DNA of 64,000 nucleotides from Candidatus Berkelbacteria bacterium (lineage in GTDB: Bacteria > Patescibacteriota > UBA1384 > UBA12157), in assembly GCA_037127955.1 (NCBI GenBank), contig JBAXXI010000003.1, positions 7,771 to 71,770 on the forward strand, given 5' to 3'. Below, one piece after another: positions 21,014 to 31,753 of this stretch. Position numbers and translations under genes: made by a program. The notes beneath the pieces were generated by a model, which saw nothing but the letters and a program-made list of their open reading frames with translations, did not search any database and was not told the origin of the DNA. Within the stretch, counting starts at the first letter, position 1. The number at the start of each line of letters is the position of its first letter.

Positions 21014-22069
21014 ATGAGCTTGAAAATCGGAATTGTTGGACTGCCAAATGTCGGCAAATCAACCTTATTTAATGCTTTGGTCAAAGGTTCGCACGCTGAA
21101 AGCGCAAACTACCCTTTTTGTACCATTGAACCAAATATCGGGATTGTCGAAGTACCTGACGAAAGATTAGCCAAATTGGCCAAAATCGAAAAAAGCGTCA
21201 AAATTGTACCAGCCGTCGTCGAGTTTGTCGATATTGCTGGTTTAGTCAAAGGTGCCAGCAAAGGCGAGGGTTTAGGTAACAAGTTTTTAGCCGCCATTCG
21301 CGAGTGCGACGCCATCGCTCAAGTCGTACGGTTTTTTGAAGATGAAAATATCACCCATGTCGCTAACAAAGTTAGTCCAACCGATGATATTTATACTATT
21401 GAAACCGAGCTTCAGCTGGCCGATATTGCCACTGTTGAAAAACGTTTGGAATCAGCCAAAAAAGAACTTAAAACTAATAAAGAAATGGCCGATTTAATTT
21501 CTGCTTTAGAAAAAATCAAAACCTTGCTTTACGCTGGCCAAAACGCTCGCGAAGCTAGCTTAAATGAAAAAGAAACCAAACAAGTCAAACTTTTAGAACT
21601 CATGACCATGAAACCAGTTTTGTATATTGCCAACTGTTCCGAGGATCAACTTAAGAGTTTTAATGACGATAAATTTATCCCAATTTCGGCTAAAATCGAG
21701 TCAGAATTAAACGAACTCGATGATGCTGAAAAGAAGGAATATTTAGCCGAACTTGGTCTTGAAACTTCGGGACTCGAAAAGCTCATCAAAGAAGCTTATA
21801 AAACTTTAGGGCTGATTTCCTACCTCACCGCCGGTGTTCAAGAAACCAGGGCCTGGACCATTCACGAAGGCTGGACCGCGCCACAAGCCGCCGGGGTTAT
21901 CCATGGTGATTTTGAACGCGGTTTTATTGCCGCCGAAACCATTAAATACACTGATTTTGTAGCCAATAATGGTTGGGCTGGTTGCCGACCGAAAGGCTTG
22001 GTTAAAACCCAAGGTAAAGAATATGTGATGCATGATGGCGATATTGTTCTTTTCAGGTTTAACGTTTAA
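21014..22069 (+). CDS. ychF: Redox-regulated ATPase YchF
   Basis: GIVGLPNVGKSTLFN, ANYPFCTIEPN, DIAGLVKGASKGEGLGNKFL, TGS domain. Confidence 0.97.
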   Translation: MSLKIGIVGLPNVGKSTLFNALVKGSHAESANYPFCTIEPNIGIVEVPDERLAKLAKIEKSVKIVPAVVEFVDIAGLVKGASKGEGLGNKFLAAIRECDAIAQVVRFFEDENITHVANKVSPTDDIYTIETELQLADIATVEKRLESAKKELKTNKEMADLISALEKIKTLLYAGQNAREASLNEKETKQVKLLELMTMKPVLYIANCSEDQLKSFNDDKFIPISAKIESELNELDDAEKKEYLAELGLETSGLEKLIKEAYKTLGLISYLTAGVQETRAWTIHEGWTAPQAAGVIHGDFERGFIAAETIKYTDFVANNGWAGCRPKGLVKTQGKEYVMHDGDIVLFRFNV

Positions 22070-22218
22070 ACAAATACTCTTGTCAAAAAAATAAATATAT
22101 GGTATATTACGAATGCACAAGAAATATTAAATGCTTTTACCTTTTTGTCGATAATTAAAAGACAAAAATCCATTGATTGTCTGTGCCAATCAGTTAAAAG
22201 CGAGGCAAAGGAAAACGT

Positions 22219-22881
22219 ATGAAAACTTACGAAATTACTTTTATTACTCGAGAAGAGCCTAAAGAATCGTCTGTCAAAAAAGACATTGAAAATCTTAACG
22301 GACGAATTTTAAGCATCTCAAACATGGGACAAAAAACTTTTGTCTACCCGATCGAAAAAGAAAAGAGCGGTTTTTACACCACTTATATTTTCGAAATGGA
22401 ACCAGAAAAACTTCAGGACTTTAGTCGCAAACTCGGCCTCGGCGAGGAAATTTTGCGTCACTTAATTGTGAGCTTAAGCCCATCTGAAGTCTTGGCTAAA
22501 TTCCCTGTTGACGGTAAAGTGGCTGAAATAGCACTTACCCCAGAAACCGAATTAATGGTTGAACCAGAAATGGCGCTTGAAATTGAACCAGAAAAAACCA
22601 TTGAAGAAGTTAAAATCGAAGAACCAGTAGTTGAAGAAACTATTGTTGAAGAAAAAGTAGAAGAACCAAAGAAAGAAGCCAAAAAGACTGTTAAAAAAGT
22701 TGAAAAGGCCGAAGTCAAAGAAACCAAAGTTAGAGAAGAAGTTAAAACTGAAAAACCAAAAAAAGCTGAAAAAGAAAAAATCGAAAAACCAGCTAAAAAA
22801 GAGGTTGAAACTGAAGTTGAAGAAGAGGAAGAACGTTTAGAAGCTTTGGACAAAAAATTAGAAGAATTATTAAAAGATTAA
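22219..22881 (+). CDS. rpsF: 30S ribosomal protein S6 with long Glu/Lys-rich extension
   Basis: MKTYEITFI...YPIEK...ILRHLIV; first gene of rpsF-ssb-rpsR. Confidence 0.92.
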   Translation: MKTYEITFITREEPKESSVKKDIENLNGRILSISNMGQKTFVYPIEKEKSGFYTTYIFEMEPEKLQDFSRKLGLGEEILRHLIVSLSPSEVLAKFPVDGKVAEIALTPETELMVEPEMALEIEPEKTIEEVKIEEPVVEETIVEEKVEEPKKEAKKTVKKVEKAEVKETKVREEVKTEKPKKAEKEKIEKPAKKEVETEVEEEEERLEALDKKLEELLKD

Positions 22882-22913
22882 TTGATTGAATTTTAATCAT
22901 ATATGGAGGTCCC

Positions 22914-23390
22914 ATGTTTAGTCTTAACCGCGCGCAAATCATTGGTAATTTAACTCGCGACCCTGAGATGCGATACACTCCGAACGGTCAAGCAGTAGCA
23001 AGTTTTGCTATCGCCACCAATCGTCGTTGGAAAGATAAAGATGGTAATAATCAAGAACAAACCGAGTTTCACGATGTCGTAGCTTGGGGTAAATTAGCCG
23101 AAATCATGACCCAAATCCTTCATAAAGGTAATAAAGTTTATGTTGAAGGCCGACTCCAAACCAGACAATGGGAAGCTCAAGATGGTGCCAAAAGAAATAA
23201 AACCGAAGTCGTGATTGAAGATTTTGTGGCTTTGTCACCTAAAGGCGAATTTGTCCCAGGTAGCGCTCACGAAGAACCAGATTTTTCCGCCGCACCAACC
23301 GAAGACGATAAACCAGCCGCCAAAAAACCTGTTGCTAAAAAAGAAGTGGCAGATGAAGAAGAAATAAATTTAGACGAAATACCGTTTTAA
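22914..23390 (+). CDS. ssb: Single-stranded DNA-binding protein
   Basis: LNRAQIIGNLTRDPE, VEGRLQTR, C-terminal DEIPF. Confidence 0.98.
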   Translation: MFSLNRAQIIGNLTRDPEMRYTPNGQAVASFAIATNRRWKDKDGNNQEQTEFHDVVAWGKLAEIMTQILHKGNKVYVEGRLQTRQWEAQDGAKRNKTEVVIEDFVALSPKGEFVPGSAHEEPDFSAAPTEDDKPAAKKPVAKKEVADEEEINLDEIPF

Positions 23391-23419
23391 TAAATCGTTA
23401 ATCGTCGCAAAGGAATATT

Positions 23420-23641
23420 ATGAGAAAACAAACTTATACAAAACGACAATGCATTTTTTGCAAAAAGAAAATTGATTTTATTGATTACAAAGACGCCAGT
23501 TCTTTGAATCGTTTTTTAAGTCCATGGGCTAAACTCAAATCAGCTCATGACACTGGTAACTGCGCTAAACACCAACGCAGATTGGCCGAAGCTATCAAAC
23601 GCGCTCGTTTCTTAGCTCTTTTACCATACGTAAAGCGATAG
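23420..23641 (+). CDS. rpsR: 30S ribosomal protein S18
   Basis: CIFC...IDYKD...TGNCAKHQRRLAEAIKRARFLALLPY. Confidence 0.97.
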   Translation: MRKQTYTKRQCIFCKKKIDFIDYKDASSLNRFLSPWAKLKSAHDTGNCAKHQRRLAEAIKRARFLALLPYVKR

Positions 23642-23774
23642 AGAGCAAAGCTCTCGCGGAATTTCAGTATTCCGAAATAAAGACTTTTAGTCTTATAGCA
23701 GTATAGACTTATAGTATTATTTACTACAAGTCTAGAAGTCTACAGATCTATAAGTCTATTCCAAAGGATTAGCA

Positions 23775-24332
23775 ATGCTAACTATTAGTGATTTGAAAAT
23801 TGGAACCAGAGTTCTGTTCAACGACAATCCTTGTATTGTGGTTTACTCAGAACACTCAAAACAAGGCCGTGCCGGAGCCGTGCTTCGTTGTAAGCTCAAA
23901 AACTTACTCAACGGCGCTACCGTTGAACACACTTTTGCTGGTGCGGAAAAATTGGAAGAAGCTGATTTGCAAACCAAAAAAGCTCAATTCCTCTACCGCG
24001 AAGGCAATCAATTTTTCTTTATGGATTCAGAATCATTCGAACAATTTGAGCTCAATAAAACTCAAATTGGTGAATCGGCTGATTTCTTAAAAGACGGTGA
24101 AGAGGTTGATCTACTCTATTTCAACGGCAACCCGATCAATATTCAATTACCGATCAAAATGACATTTAAAATTACCTATACCGAACCTGGTTTTAAGGGT
24201 AATACCGCTACTAACGTGTTAAAACCAGCTACTATCGAAACCGGCGCTGAGGTTAAAGTTCCGATTTTTGTTAAAGAAGGCGACCTGATCGTGGTTGATA
24301 CCAGAAGTGGCTCATACGTCGAAAGAGCATAA
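23775..24332 (+). CDS. efp: Elongation factor P (Arg-type loop KQGRAG)
   Basis: HSKQGRAGA, FMDSESFEQ, KPATIETG, VDTRSGSYVERA. Confidence 0.97.
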   Translation: MLTISDLKIGTRVLFNDNPCIVVYSEHSKQGRAGAVLRCKLKNLLNGATVEHTFAGAEKLEEADLQTKKAQFLYREGNQFFFMDSESFEQFELNKTQIGESADFLKDGEEVDLLYFNGNPINIQLPIKMTFKITYTEPGFKGNTATNVLKPATIETGAEVKVPIFVKEGDLIVVDTRSGSYVERA

Positions 24333-24428
24333 GATATAAAACTAAATCAATATAGTAAAAAACACTAACTTAAAACATTGGTGTTTTTTTATTCTCTTTC
24401 AAATTAAAATTTATGCTATAATCAGATT

Positions 24429-24935
24429 ATGATTACACAAGCTTCTAAACTCATTCACTTACCTGTTGCGGCCGAAGACGCCTTGAGTAAGGTCGGCATT
24501 ATTAAAGATATTATTGTTGATCCAGAAACTGGTGTACTTTTGGGTTTTTTGGTTATAGTGGGCTTGTTTACGCCAGCCATGGCTCTTTCGGTTCGCGATA
24601 TCAAATTCTGGGACCAAGACGCGATCATTACCGCCTCAGAGGAAAATTTGGTTAACCCGGCAGAAATTATTCGAATTAAACACGTTTTAGATCAAAAAAT
24701 TAATCTGATGAATTTACCAGCTGAAACCGAAAATGGTAAATCACTTGGTTTTGTGGAAGATTTTATAATCGATACCGAAACGGAAAGTGTGACAGCCTAC
24801 CATTTACGTGATCTACTCGGCTCGACCCGCATTATCCCGGCCGATAAAGTCATAAAAATTGACCAAAAAATTATTTTTCAAAATGACGATGAAACTATCA
24901 ACGCCGAAAATATTGGCGAAGTATCTTTAGCTTAA
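24429..24935 (+). CDS. PRC-barrel domain protein (YlmC/YmxH-like)
   Basis: Two repeats of GxxxDxIxDxETx. Confidence 0.75.
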   Translation: MITQASKLIHLPVAAEDALSKVGIIKDIIVDPETGVLLGFLVIVGLFTPAMALSVRDIKFWDQDAIITASEENLVNPAEIIRIKHVLDQKINLMNLPAETENGKSLGFVEDFIIDTETESVTAYHLRDLLGSTRIIPADKVIKIDQKIIFQNDDETINAENIGEVSLA

Positions 24936-24950
24936 TTTCAAGGAGATATT

Positions 24951-25286
24951 ATGGCTCGATCAGATTTAACTAAAAAAGTCCTGGAAATTGTTTCAAAAAT
25001 TCCCAAAGGCCAACTTATGACCTATCACCAGGTTGCCAAACTCGCCGGTCAACCTAAAGCTTATCGCGCCATTGGCTCAATTTTAAACCGTAACTATCGC
25101 AAAAAAGAATGGCAATTACCCCTTGATAGCGGCGAACCAATACCAGGTCACCGAGTAATCCGATCCGATGGCCATATTGGGAGTTACGCCCTCGGCAAAA
25201 TCGATAAGGTTCAAATCTTAATTTCAGAGGGTCATGTGGTTGAAAATGGCCGCATCAAATTACCTAAATTAATGGAAAACAATTAG
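24951..25286 (+). CDS. MGMT-family / alkyltransferase-like protein
   Basis: KIPKGQLMTYHQVA, RAIG, PGHRVIRSDG (catalytic Cys replaced by Gly). Confidence 0.85.
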   Translation: MARSDLTKKVLEIVSKIPKGQLMTYHQVAKLAGQPKAYRAIGSILNRNYRKKEWQLPLDSGEPIPGHRVIRSDGHIGSYALGKIDKVQILISEGHVVENGRIKLPKLMENN

Positions 25287-25328
25287 TCCTTCTTTATGTA
25301 AGAATAATTAGGACAAAGAAAGGAAACG

Positions 25329-26300
25329 ATGAACGAAACCGAACAATTTGCGCCAATTCCCTATCAAAAAATTGATTTTAAAGATGGTTCAGTTGAAATC
25401 CCGACCAAACCACTTTGCGATATAGAACAAATACATGCAGCTCAGGAAATCGTCGATCAAAATTACCCGGAACTAGCCTCCATGTTACGTGAAGGCCACC
25501 CTTGGCGGGAAATGAAAAATCTTCATGCCCTACAAACTCAGGAACAAAGCATGGATGTTTTAGTCGAAGAAATCGGTTTCGATCTAAACGACCCTAACGC
25601 ACGCTTAGCTATATTTATTAGCGAAATTCACGATCTCGGAAGAGTTATCGACGGCTTAAAAAACGAAAAATTACCTATTCCTCAAGAATTTGAAGGATTG
25701 GCTCATCACGGTCAATTTTCAGTCAAAATTTTAGAAGAATGGCATGCTTTAGATGGCTTTCCAGCAGAAACTCAAGAAATCATCAAATTTGCCGTTGAAC
25801 ACCATGCCAATAAATCTACCGCTGCCTTGCCAGAAAATGCATCTGATTTACAAAAAACTGAATATGTTTATAATTGTATTTTTCGAGATATAGATAAACT
25901 AACTCTGCTTGTTGGCAAAGGTGAAAAATATCTTTATGACCCAAAAGTCAGATCTGATCAATTTAATATTGTAAAAGGTAAAGTTGGTCAAGACGAAGCT
26001 GGCAATGAAAGATTTTTGGGAGAAAATGGTCAAGTTACACAAGAAGCCATGGACCTCTTTCTTAACAATAAACTCAATGATGTCAATAAACTTTTTACCT
26101 ATGAAACATACATGCTCAATGTTTTAGGTTTCATTTTTGATATAAATTTAGTCGGGGTTTTAAAAAATGTGGCTGAATCAGGGATTGTTGAGAAATTTTT
26201 AAACTACTTTGAGCAAAGACTTTCAACAGATCAATTTCAAGCTATCAACCAAAAAGTCCATTCTTATCTTGAAGAAAGAGGAATTGAATTGTCAGAATAG
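25329..26300 (+). CDS. HD domain protein
   Basis: H...IHDLGR...HH...RDIDKL motif set. Confidence 0.75.
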   Translation: MNETEQFAPIPYQKIDFKDGSVEIPTKPLCDIEQIHAAQEIVDQNYPELASMLREGHPWREMKNLHALQTQEQSMDVLVEEIGFDLNDPNARLAIFISEIHDLGRVIDGLKNEKLPIPQEFEGLAHHGQFSVKILEEWHALDGFPAETQEIIKFAVEHHANKSTAALPENASDLQKTEYVYNCIFRDIDKLTLLVGKGEKYLYDPKVRSDQFNIVKGKVGQDEAGNERFLGENGQVTQEAMDLFLNNKLNDVNKLFTYETYMLNVLGFIFDINLVGVLKNVAESGIVEKFLNYFEQRLSTDQFQAINQKVHSYLEERGIELSE

Positions 26301-26359
26301 AATATCACTAATTTAAGTATCAAAAAAAGCGCCCGAGTAAAACTCTGGGCGCTTTTTTA

Positions 26360-27097
26360 TTATTTAATATTTTCTATCACCTGATCAGGCAAGGTTTTAG
26401 CTGTTGATTCAATAATGATTTCATCGTGCCTATAAGCATAGAGTGGACCAAAAAACAGCCCAGCCATAAAGTACCAGATTACATCATCGATTGGCACGTT
26501 AAAAATTACTATATCTGGCACATTTTTAAATAAATAAAAGTTATGCACCCAACCAGGCGAAACATATTCAAGAAAAGAATAAACAATCATCGCAAATAAT
26601 AAAATAAATATACCTGTAAAAAGCGAATCAATGATTAAGTCTGAACGCTGAATATACATAATTAAAATCGGAACACCAAAAGCAAAGATAGTTGCGATCA
26701 AACTATTAAACCCTAGAACAAAGAAAACAAGAAAAAATATTCCCGGCAACAACCACATCACCAAATGATGAAATTGATTTCTTTTAATATGTTCTTTTTT
26801 AGATAAATGAATACCTCTTAAATTTTTTCTTAACACTATCTCATATAAAACAGTTGCTACACCACTCAAGGCAAAAGCAAAAAACAATGCCTCTATTACA
26901 CCTATTTGAGTATTTGTTAGATTGGCTGGCCGCCAATAATCTTTATAGTAAGCTATTTCTGAAATAGGACCAGCAAGAACAAATAAAAATGATGTATTTA
27001 ACATTTCCTTGCGAACATCCTTGCGCCAAATAAAAAGAAAAATCCATAACAAAAAGAATAGTGCACCCATCAAAATATAAACATATTTATAATCCAT
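26360..27097 (-). CDS. Lycopene cyclase domain-containing membrane protein
   Basis: DYWRP...IEALFFAF, RSDLII, VPIDDVIWYF repeated half-domains. Confidence 0.7.
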   Translation of the reverse strand: MDYKYVYILMGALFFLLWIFLFIWRKDVRKEMLNTSFLFVLAGPISEIAYYKDYWRPANLTNTQIGVIEALFFAFALSGVATVLYEIVLRKNLRGIHLSKKEHIKRNQFHHLVMWLLPGIFFLVFFVLGFNSLIATIFAFGVPILIMYIQRSDLIIDSLFTGIFILLFAMIVYSFLEYVSPGWVHNFYLFKNVPDIVIFNVPIDDVIWYFMAGLFFGPLYAYRHDEIIIESTAKTLPDQVIENIK

Positions 27098-27170
27098 GTA
27101 CTTATTATATTTGAAAAAAGCGCATTTGTCATACGCTTTTTTCGTTTTGGTTAGAACAATACCTGAATAG

Positions 27171-28799
<1,629 letters not shown>

Positions 28800-28801
28800 T
28801 T

Positions 28802-28896
28802 AAAGTTCAAAGTTTAAGGTTTAAAGCTGAATGGAATCAAACTATTATTTATAATAATATTTCCACGCACTTTCAACTTTTCACCTTTTACTTTTA
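28802..28896. repeat. Inverted 7-mer periodic repeat element (copy 1)
   Basis: AAAGTTC AAAGTTT AAGGTTT AAAGCTG - AATGGAAT...ATATTTCC - ACTTTCA ACTTTTC ACCTTTT ACTTTTA. Confidence 0.7.
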
Positions 28897-28903
28897 ACTA
28901 TAA

Positions 28904-29200
28904 TTATTGAATAATCGCGATAATATCTTCTTGTTTTAAAACAATCACTTTTTGACCATCAACTTTTACCTCATCACCAGCATATTCGCGGTAAAGCACA
29001 AAATCATCAACCTTAACCACCATTGGTAATAATTTACCATCTTCAAATTTACCTTCACCCACGACCAGAACCTTACCTTTATGGGATTTTTCTTTAGCCG
29101 TATCTGGAATAATGATACCAGACTTGGTCACAGATTCCTGTTCGAGCGGCAAAATTACCACTCTGTCACTCAATGGTTTGATAATCAATTTAACCTCCAT
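28904..29200 (-). CDS. groS: Co-chaperonin GroES (true start may be TTG 29188)
   Basis: IKPLSDRV, TKSGIIIPDTAKEK; upstream of groL. Confidence 0.97.
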   Translation of the reverse strand: MEVKLIIKPLSDRVVILPLEQESVTKSGIIIPDTAKEKSHKGKVLVVGEGKFEDGKLLPMVVKVDDFVLYREYAGDEVKVDGQKVIVLKQEDIIAIIQ

Positions 29201-29312
29201 TTACGTTAAAAAATTGCAAATAAAAAAACAATCCTCACTCCTTTTTAAAGTAAAAATTGTTCAAATTGTTAGGAGAAAAGCTAAGGGGGATAAGCTTTCT
29301 CCTAACAATCTT

Positions 29313-29340
29313 ATTTTAGCAAAACCCACCTGATTGTCAA
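29313..29340 (-). promoter_or_regulatory. groSL promoter
   Basis: TTGACA-N16-TAAAAT with extended TG; long hairpin follows. Confidence 0.6.
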
Positions 29341-29353
29341 CTATTTCAAGTAT

Positions 29354-29380
29354 CAAAAAAGACCCGAGCGGGTCTTTTTT
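29354..29380 (-). terminator. Intrinsic terminator
   Basis: AAAAAAGACCCG-AG-CGGGTCTTTTTT. Confidence 0.8.
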
Positions 29381-29401
29381 GCTTAACTTATCTAAACTAT
29401 T

Positions 29402-30217
29402 CTATAAAGGTAAAGTGGCGGTTAAAACTTTACTATCCCCTGGATTGTATTTGACCGCATATTTCACATCAGAGGTATTACCGTCTAAGATATCCTTTGT
29501 TGTAGTAACATATCCATCGTAATATGCAACACTTCTCTTGGCATAGTTAAAAATACTAGCAGTTAAAGTATTTTGATCAACCGCACCAGTCACTGTATAA
29601 GCTACATACCAATCAGATCGAATCGGTGTATCGACACCAACCTTCAAAGTTGCTGTATGACCATCATCAATAACTTTAATCTCATTAACACAAGCAGCTT
29701 TAGCTTTGGTAATCACATCAGCATCAGCAACAGCAAATTCACCTTTAGTGTTAGTTGTACCAGTAAATTCTAACGGGAAATAAGTATCAGATTCTTTAGC
29801 TCCACTATAGCTGTAAGTATAGGTACAAGCAGCATAAACAGTCGCTTTAACCGCCACATTGGCCGAAGCAACTCCAGCTTTTGTTACCTTCATTGTCACT
29901 TGACCGGCAACTGGAGTAGTTGTGGTGGTAGTATTTGTATTAGTTGTGGCTGTAGTCGTAGCCGATGTCTTGCTTGGATTAGCCTGATTATCCATAAAAT
30001 TTATAACTCTGGTAAACTGAGTGTTTGAGTGGCCTTGCATAAACTTTTTCCAAGTAGCCATGTTTTGAACACAGTTTTTCCACTGTGTACCCTTAACGCC
30101 AGCACAATAATCTTGGCTAAAAGCATCGGCTGAGGCTTGCCAATAGTAGTAACCGATTCCACCTCCGATTATTACAATCGCCGCAATAATCAATCCCACG
30201 AGTAACTTTTTGTTCAT
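29402..30217 (-). CDS. Secreted/anchored protein, paralog B (shared N-domain, Thr linker, beta-rich C-domain)
   Basis: N-terminal hydrophobic helix, ASADA, two-Cys helical domain, Thr-rich linker. Confidence 0.8.
   Translation of the reverse strand: MNKKLLVGLIIAAIVIIGGGIGYYYWQASADAFSQDYCAGVKGTQWKNCVQNMATWKKFMQGHSNTQFTRVINFMDNQANPSKTSATTTATTNTNTTTTTTPVAGQVTMKVTKAGVASANVAVKATVYAACTYTYSYSGAKESDTYFPLEFTGTTNTKGEFAVADADVITKAKAACVNEIKVIDDGHTATLKVGVDTPIRSDWYVAYTVTGAVDQNTLTASIFNYAKRSVAYYDGYVTTTKDILDGNTSDVKYAVKYNPGDSKVLTATLPL
29969..30154. repeat. 186-bp perfect direct repeat, copy 1
   Basis: Base-for-base identical to 30784-30969. Confidence 0.95.
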
Positions 30218-30315
30218 TTAAACCTCCTCATTTTTGAGTTTTTGTTTATTAATCTATACTTGTATTAATCATAAAACTATTATAAAAATAATGCAATATT
30301 TTCTTCAATAAGCAC

Positions 30316-30343
30316 CAAAAAGACCCCGGAGGGGGTCTTTTTT
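30316..30343 (-). terminator. Intrinsic terminator
   Basis: AAAAAGACCCC-GGAG-GGGGTCTTTTT. Confidence 0.8.
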
Positions 30344-30369
30344 ATATAACTTAAATCTTATTTAATTAG

Positions 30370-31032
30370 TTAGAGATTTGGTTGAGCGCCAACAGGTACA
30401 CTAACAGTGACACTACCACCAGCCGTGGTTAAGGTTACCGGGTAAGAACCAACTACTAATCTTAAAGCACTGATTTTGCAAGTAACCTTAGTATCAGACC
30501 AAGAAACTACTTGAAGATCACCTGTATTTAACTTGAGTGTTGATGTTCCTTGGGTCGCACCAAAACCTGTACCATTAAGAGTCAAAACTGATTCAGCATT
30601 TTCTCCAGAAGTTAATGCTGGTAACAAAGATGAACTGGTTAAAACTGGCTTAGCCACAGCTGGACAAGCTTTATAAACACAACCAGAAACAGCCGTATCA
30701 TAACCAACCAAAGTACCATCCGGACAAGTTTTCATCACGGCTGGACAAGCACTGCTATTAGACGAACTTCCCGAACTAGAACCCTTGCTTGGATTAGCCT
30801 GATTATCCATAAAATTTATAACTCTGGTAAACTGAGTGTTTGAGTGGCCTTGCATAAACTTTTTCCAAGTAGCCATGTTTTGAACACAGTTTTTCCACTG
30901 TGTACCCTTAACGCCAGCACAATAATCTTGGCTAAAAGCATCGGCTGAGGCTTGCCAATAGTAGTAACCTAAACCGCCACCAATTACCAAGACGGCACCA
31001 ATAATGAGTCCGATAAGCCATTTTCTGTTCAT
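30370..31032 (-). CDS. Secreted/anchored protein, paralog A (shared N-domain, CPDG Cys motif, IPT/TIG domain)
   Basis: Same N-domain as 29402-30217; CPAVMKTCPDG...C...CP; LTLNGTGFG...VSWSDTKVTC is IPT/TIG-like. Confidence 0.8.
   Translation of the reverse strand: MNRKWLIGLIIGAVLVIGGGLGYYYWQASADAFSQDYCAGVKGTQWKNCVQNMATWKKFMQGHSNTQFTRVINFMDNQANPSKGSSSGSSSNSSACPAVMKTCPDGTLVGYDTAVSGCVYKACPAVAKPVLTSSSLLPALTSGENAESVLTLNGTGFGATQGTSTLKLNTGDLQVVSWSDTKVTCKISALRLVVGSYPVTLTTAGGSVTVSVPVGAQPNL
30784..30969. repeat. 186-bp perfect direct repeat, copy 2
   Basis: Identical to 29969-30154. Confidence 0.95.
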
Positions 31033-31105
31033 AATTCCCACACCTTTCAAGTTTTATTTATAGATATATTAAGTATAAAACTATCAAAATAATTAAGCAA
31101 TAATC

Positions 31106-31753
31106 CTAAATTTTATCAGGGTGAAACCTTAATTCTTTACTAGATATAAAAATTTGACCTGATTTTGCCCTTATCGTTCTTTGATCTTTTAGAATTCGAT
31201 TTTTTTGATACTGACCTAATACTCGCTCTCCCAAGTCGCTAAAAAATAAATCAAAAATTAATTCATTAATTTTACGAAAAATAAAAATAAACTTTGAACA
31301 AGTGTTTGCTAGTACACTTATTCTTCCCAAATCTTGGAAATCATAACCAAAATCTTGAATCCACTGATTTTTCTGTTTAAAAACTTTAAAAATATCATTT
31401 TCTTGCCAAAGTAACTTTGTAAAACTATGATTTCTGGCTAATTGAGTCGTTTTGATTGATAATTCCAACTTGTCAGTGGTTTGATACAAATTCAGGCAAA
31501 TTCGACCAGCAATCTTGTTCTCATACCTTTTAAGCCCAAAGATCATCATTATTAAAATACTAAAAAAACGACAAGTCCAAATCCGACCTGGTTTGGCAAT
31601 AATAATCAAGTCAATATCGGACCGTTCACTCGCCTCACCTCTAGCCAATGAACCATTTAAACCGATCATCCTGATAAACGGCATAAATTGAAGCAAGAAA
31701 CTAGCTAATCTGGCCCGATGCCAATATTTTGTTTGAATCTCAATCTTTTTCAC
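31106..31753 (-). CDS. Nucleotidyltransferase domain protein (Pol beta superfamily)
   Basis: NGSLARGEASERSDIDLII. Confidence 0.8.
   Translation of the reverse strand: MKKIEIQTKYWHRARLASFLLQFMPFIRMIGLNGSLARGEASERSDIDLIIIAKPGRIWTCRFFSILIMMIFGLKRYENKIAGRICLNLYQTTDKLELSIKTTQLARNHSFTKLLWQENDIFKVFKQKNQWIQDFGYDFQDLGRISVLANTCSKFIFIFRKINELIFDLFFSDLGERVLGQYQKNRILKDQRTIRAKSGQIFISSKELRFHPDKI

Noticed and set aside
29969-30969. DGR template/variable repeat pair
   Set aside because: The copies are identical with no adenine-specific mismatches, both are N-terminal coding sequence, and there is no reverse transcriptase in the window.
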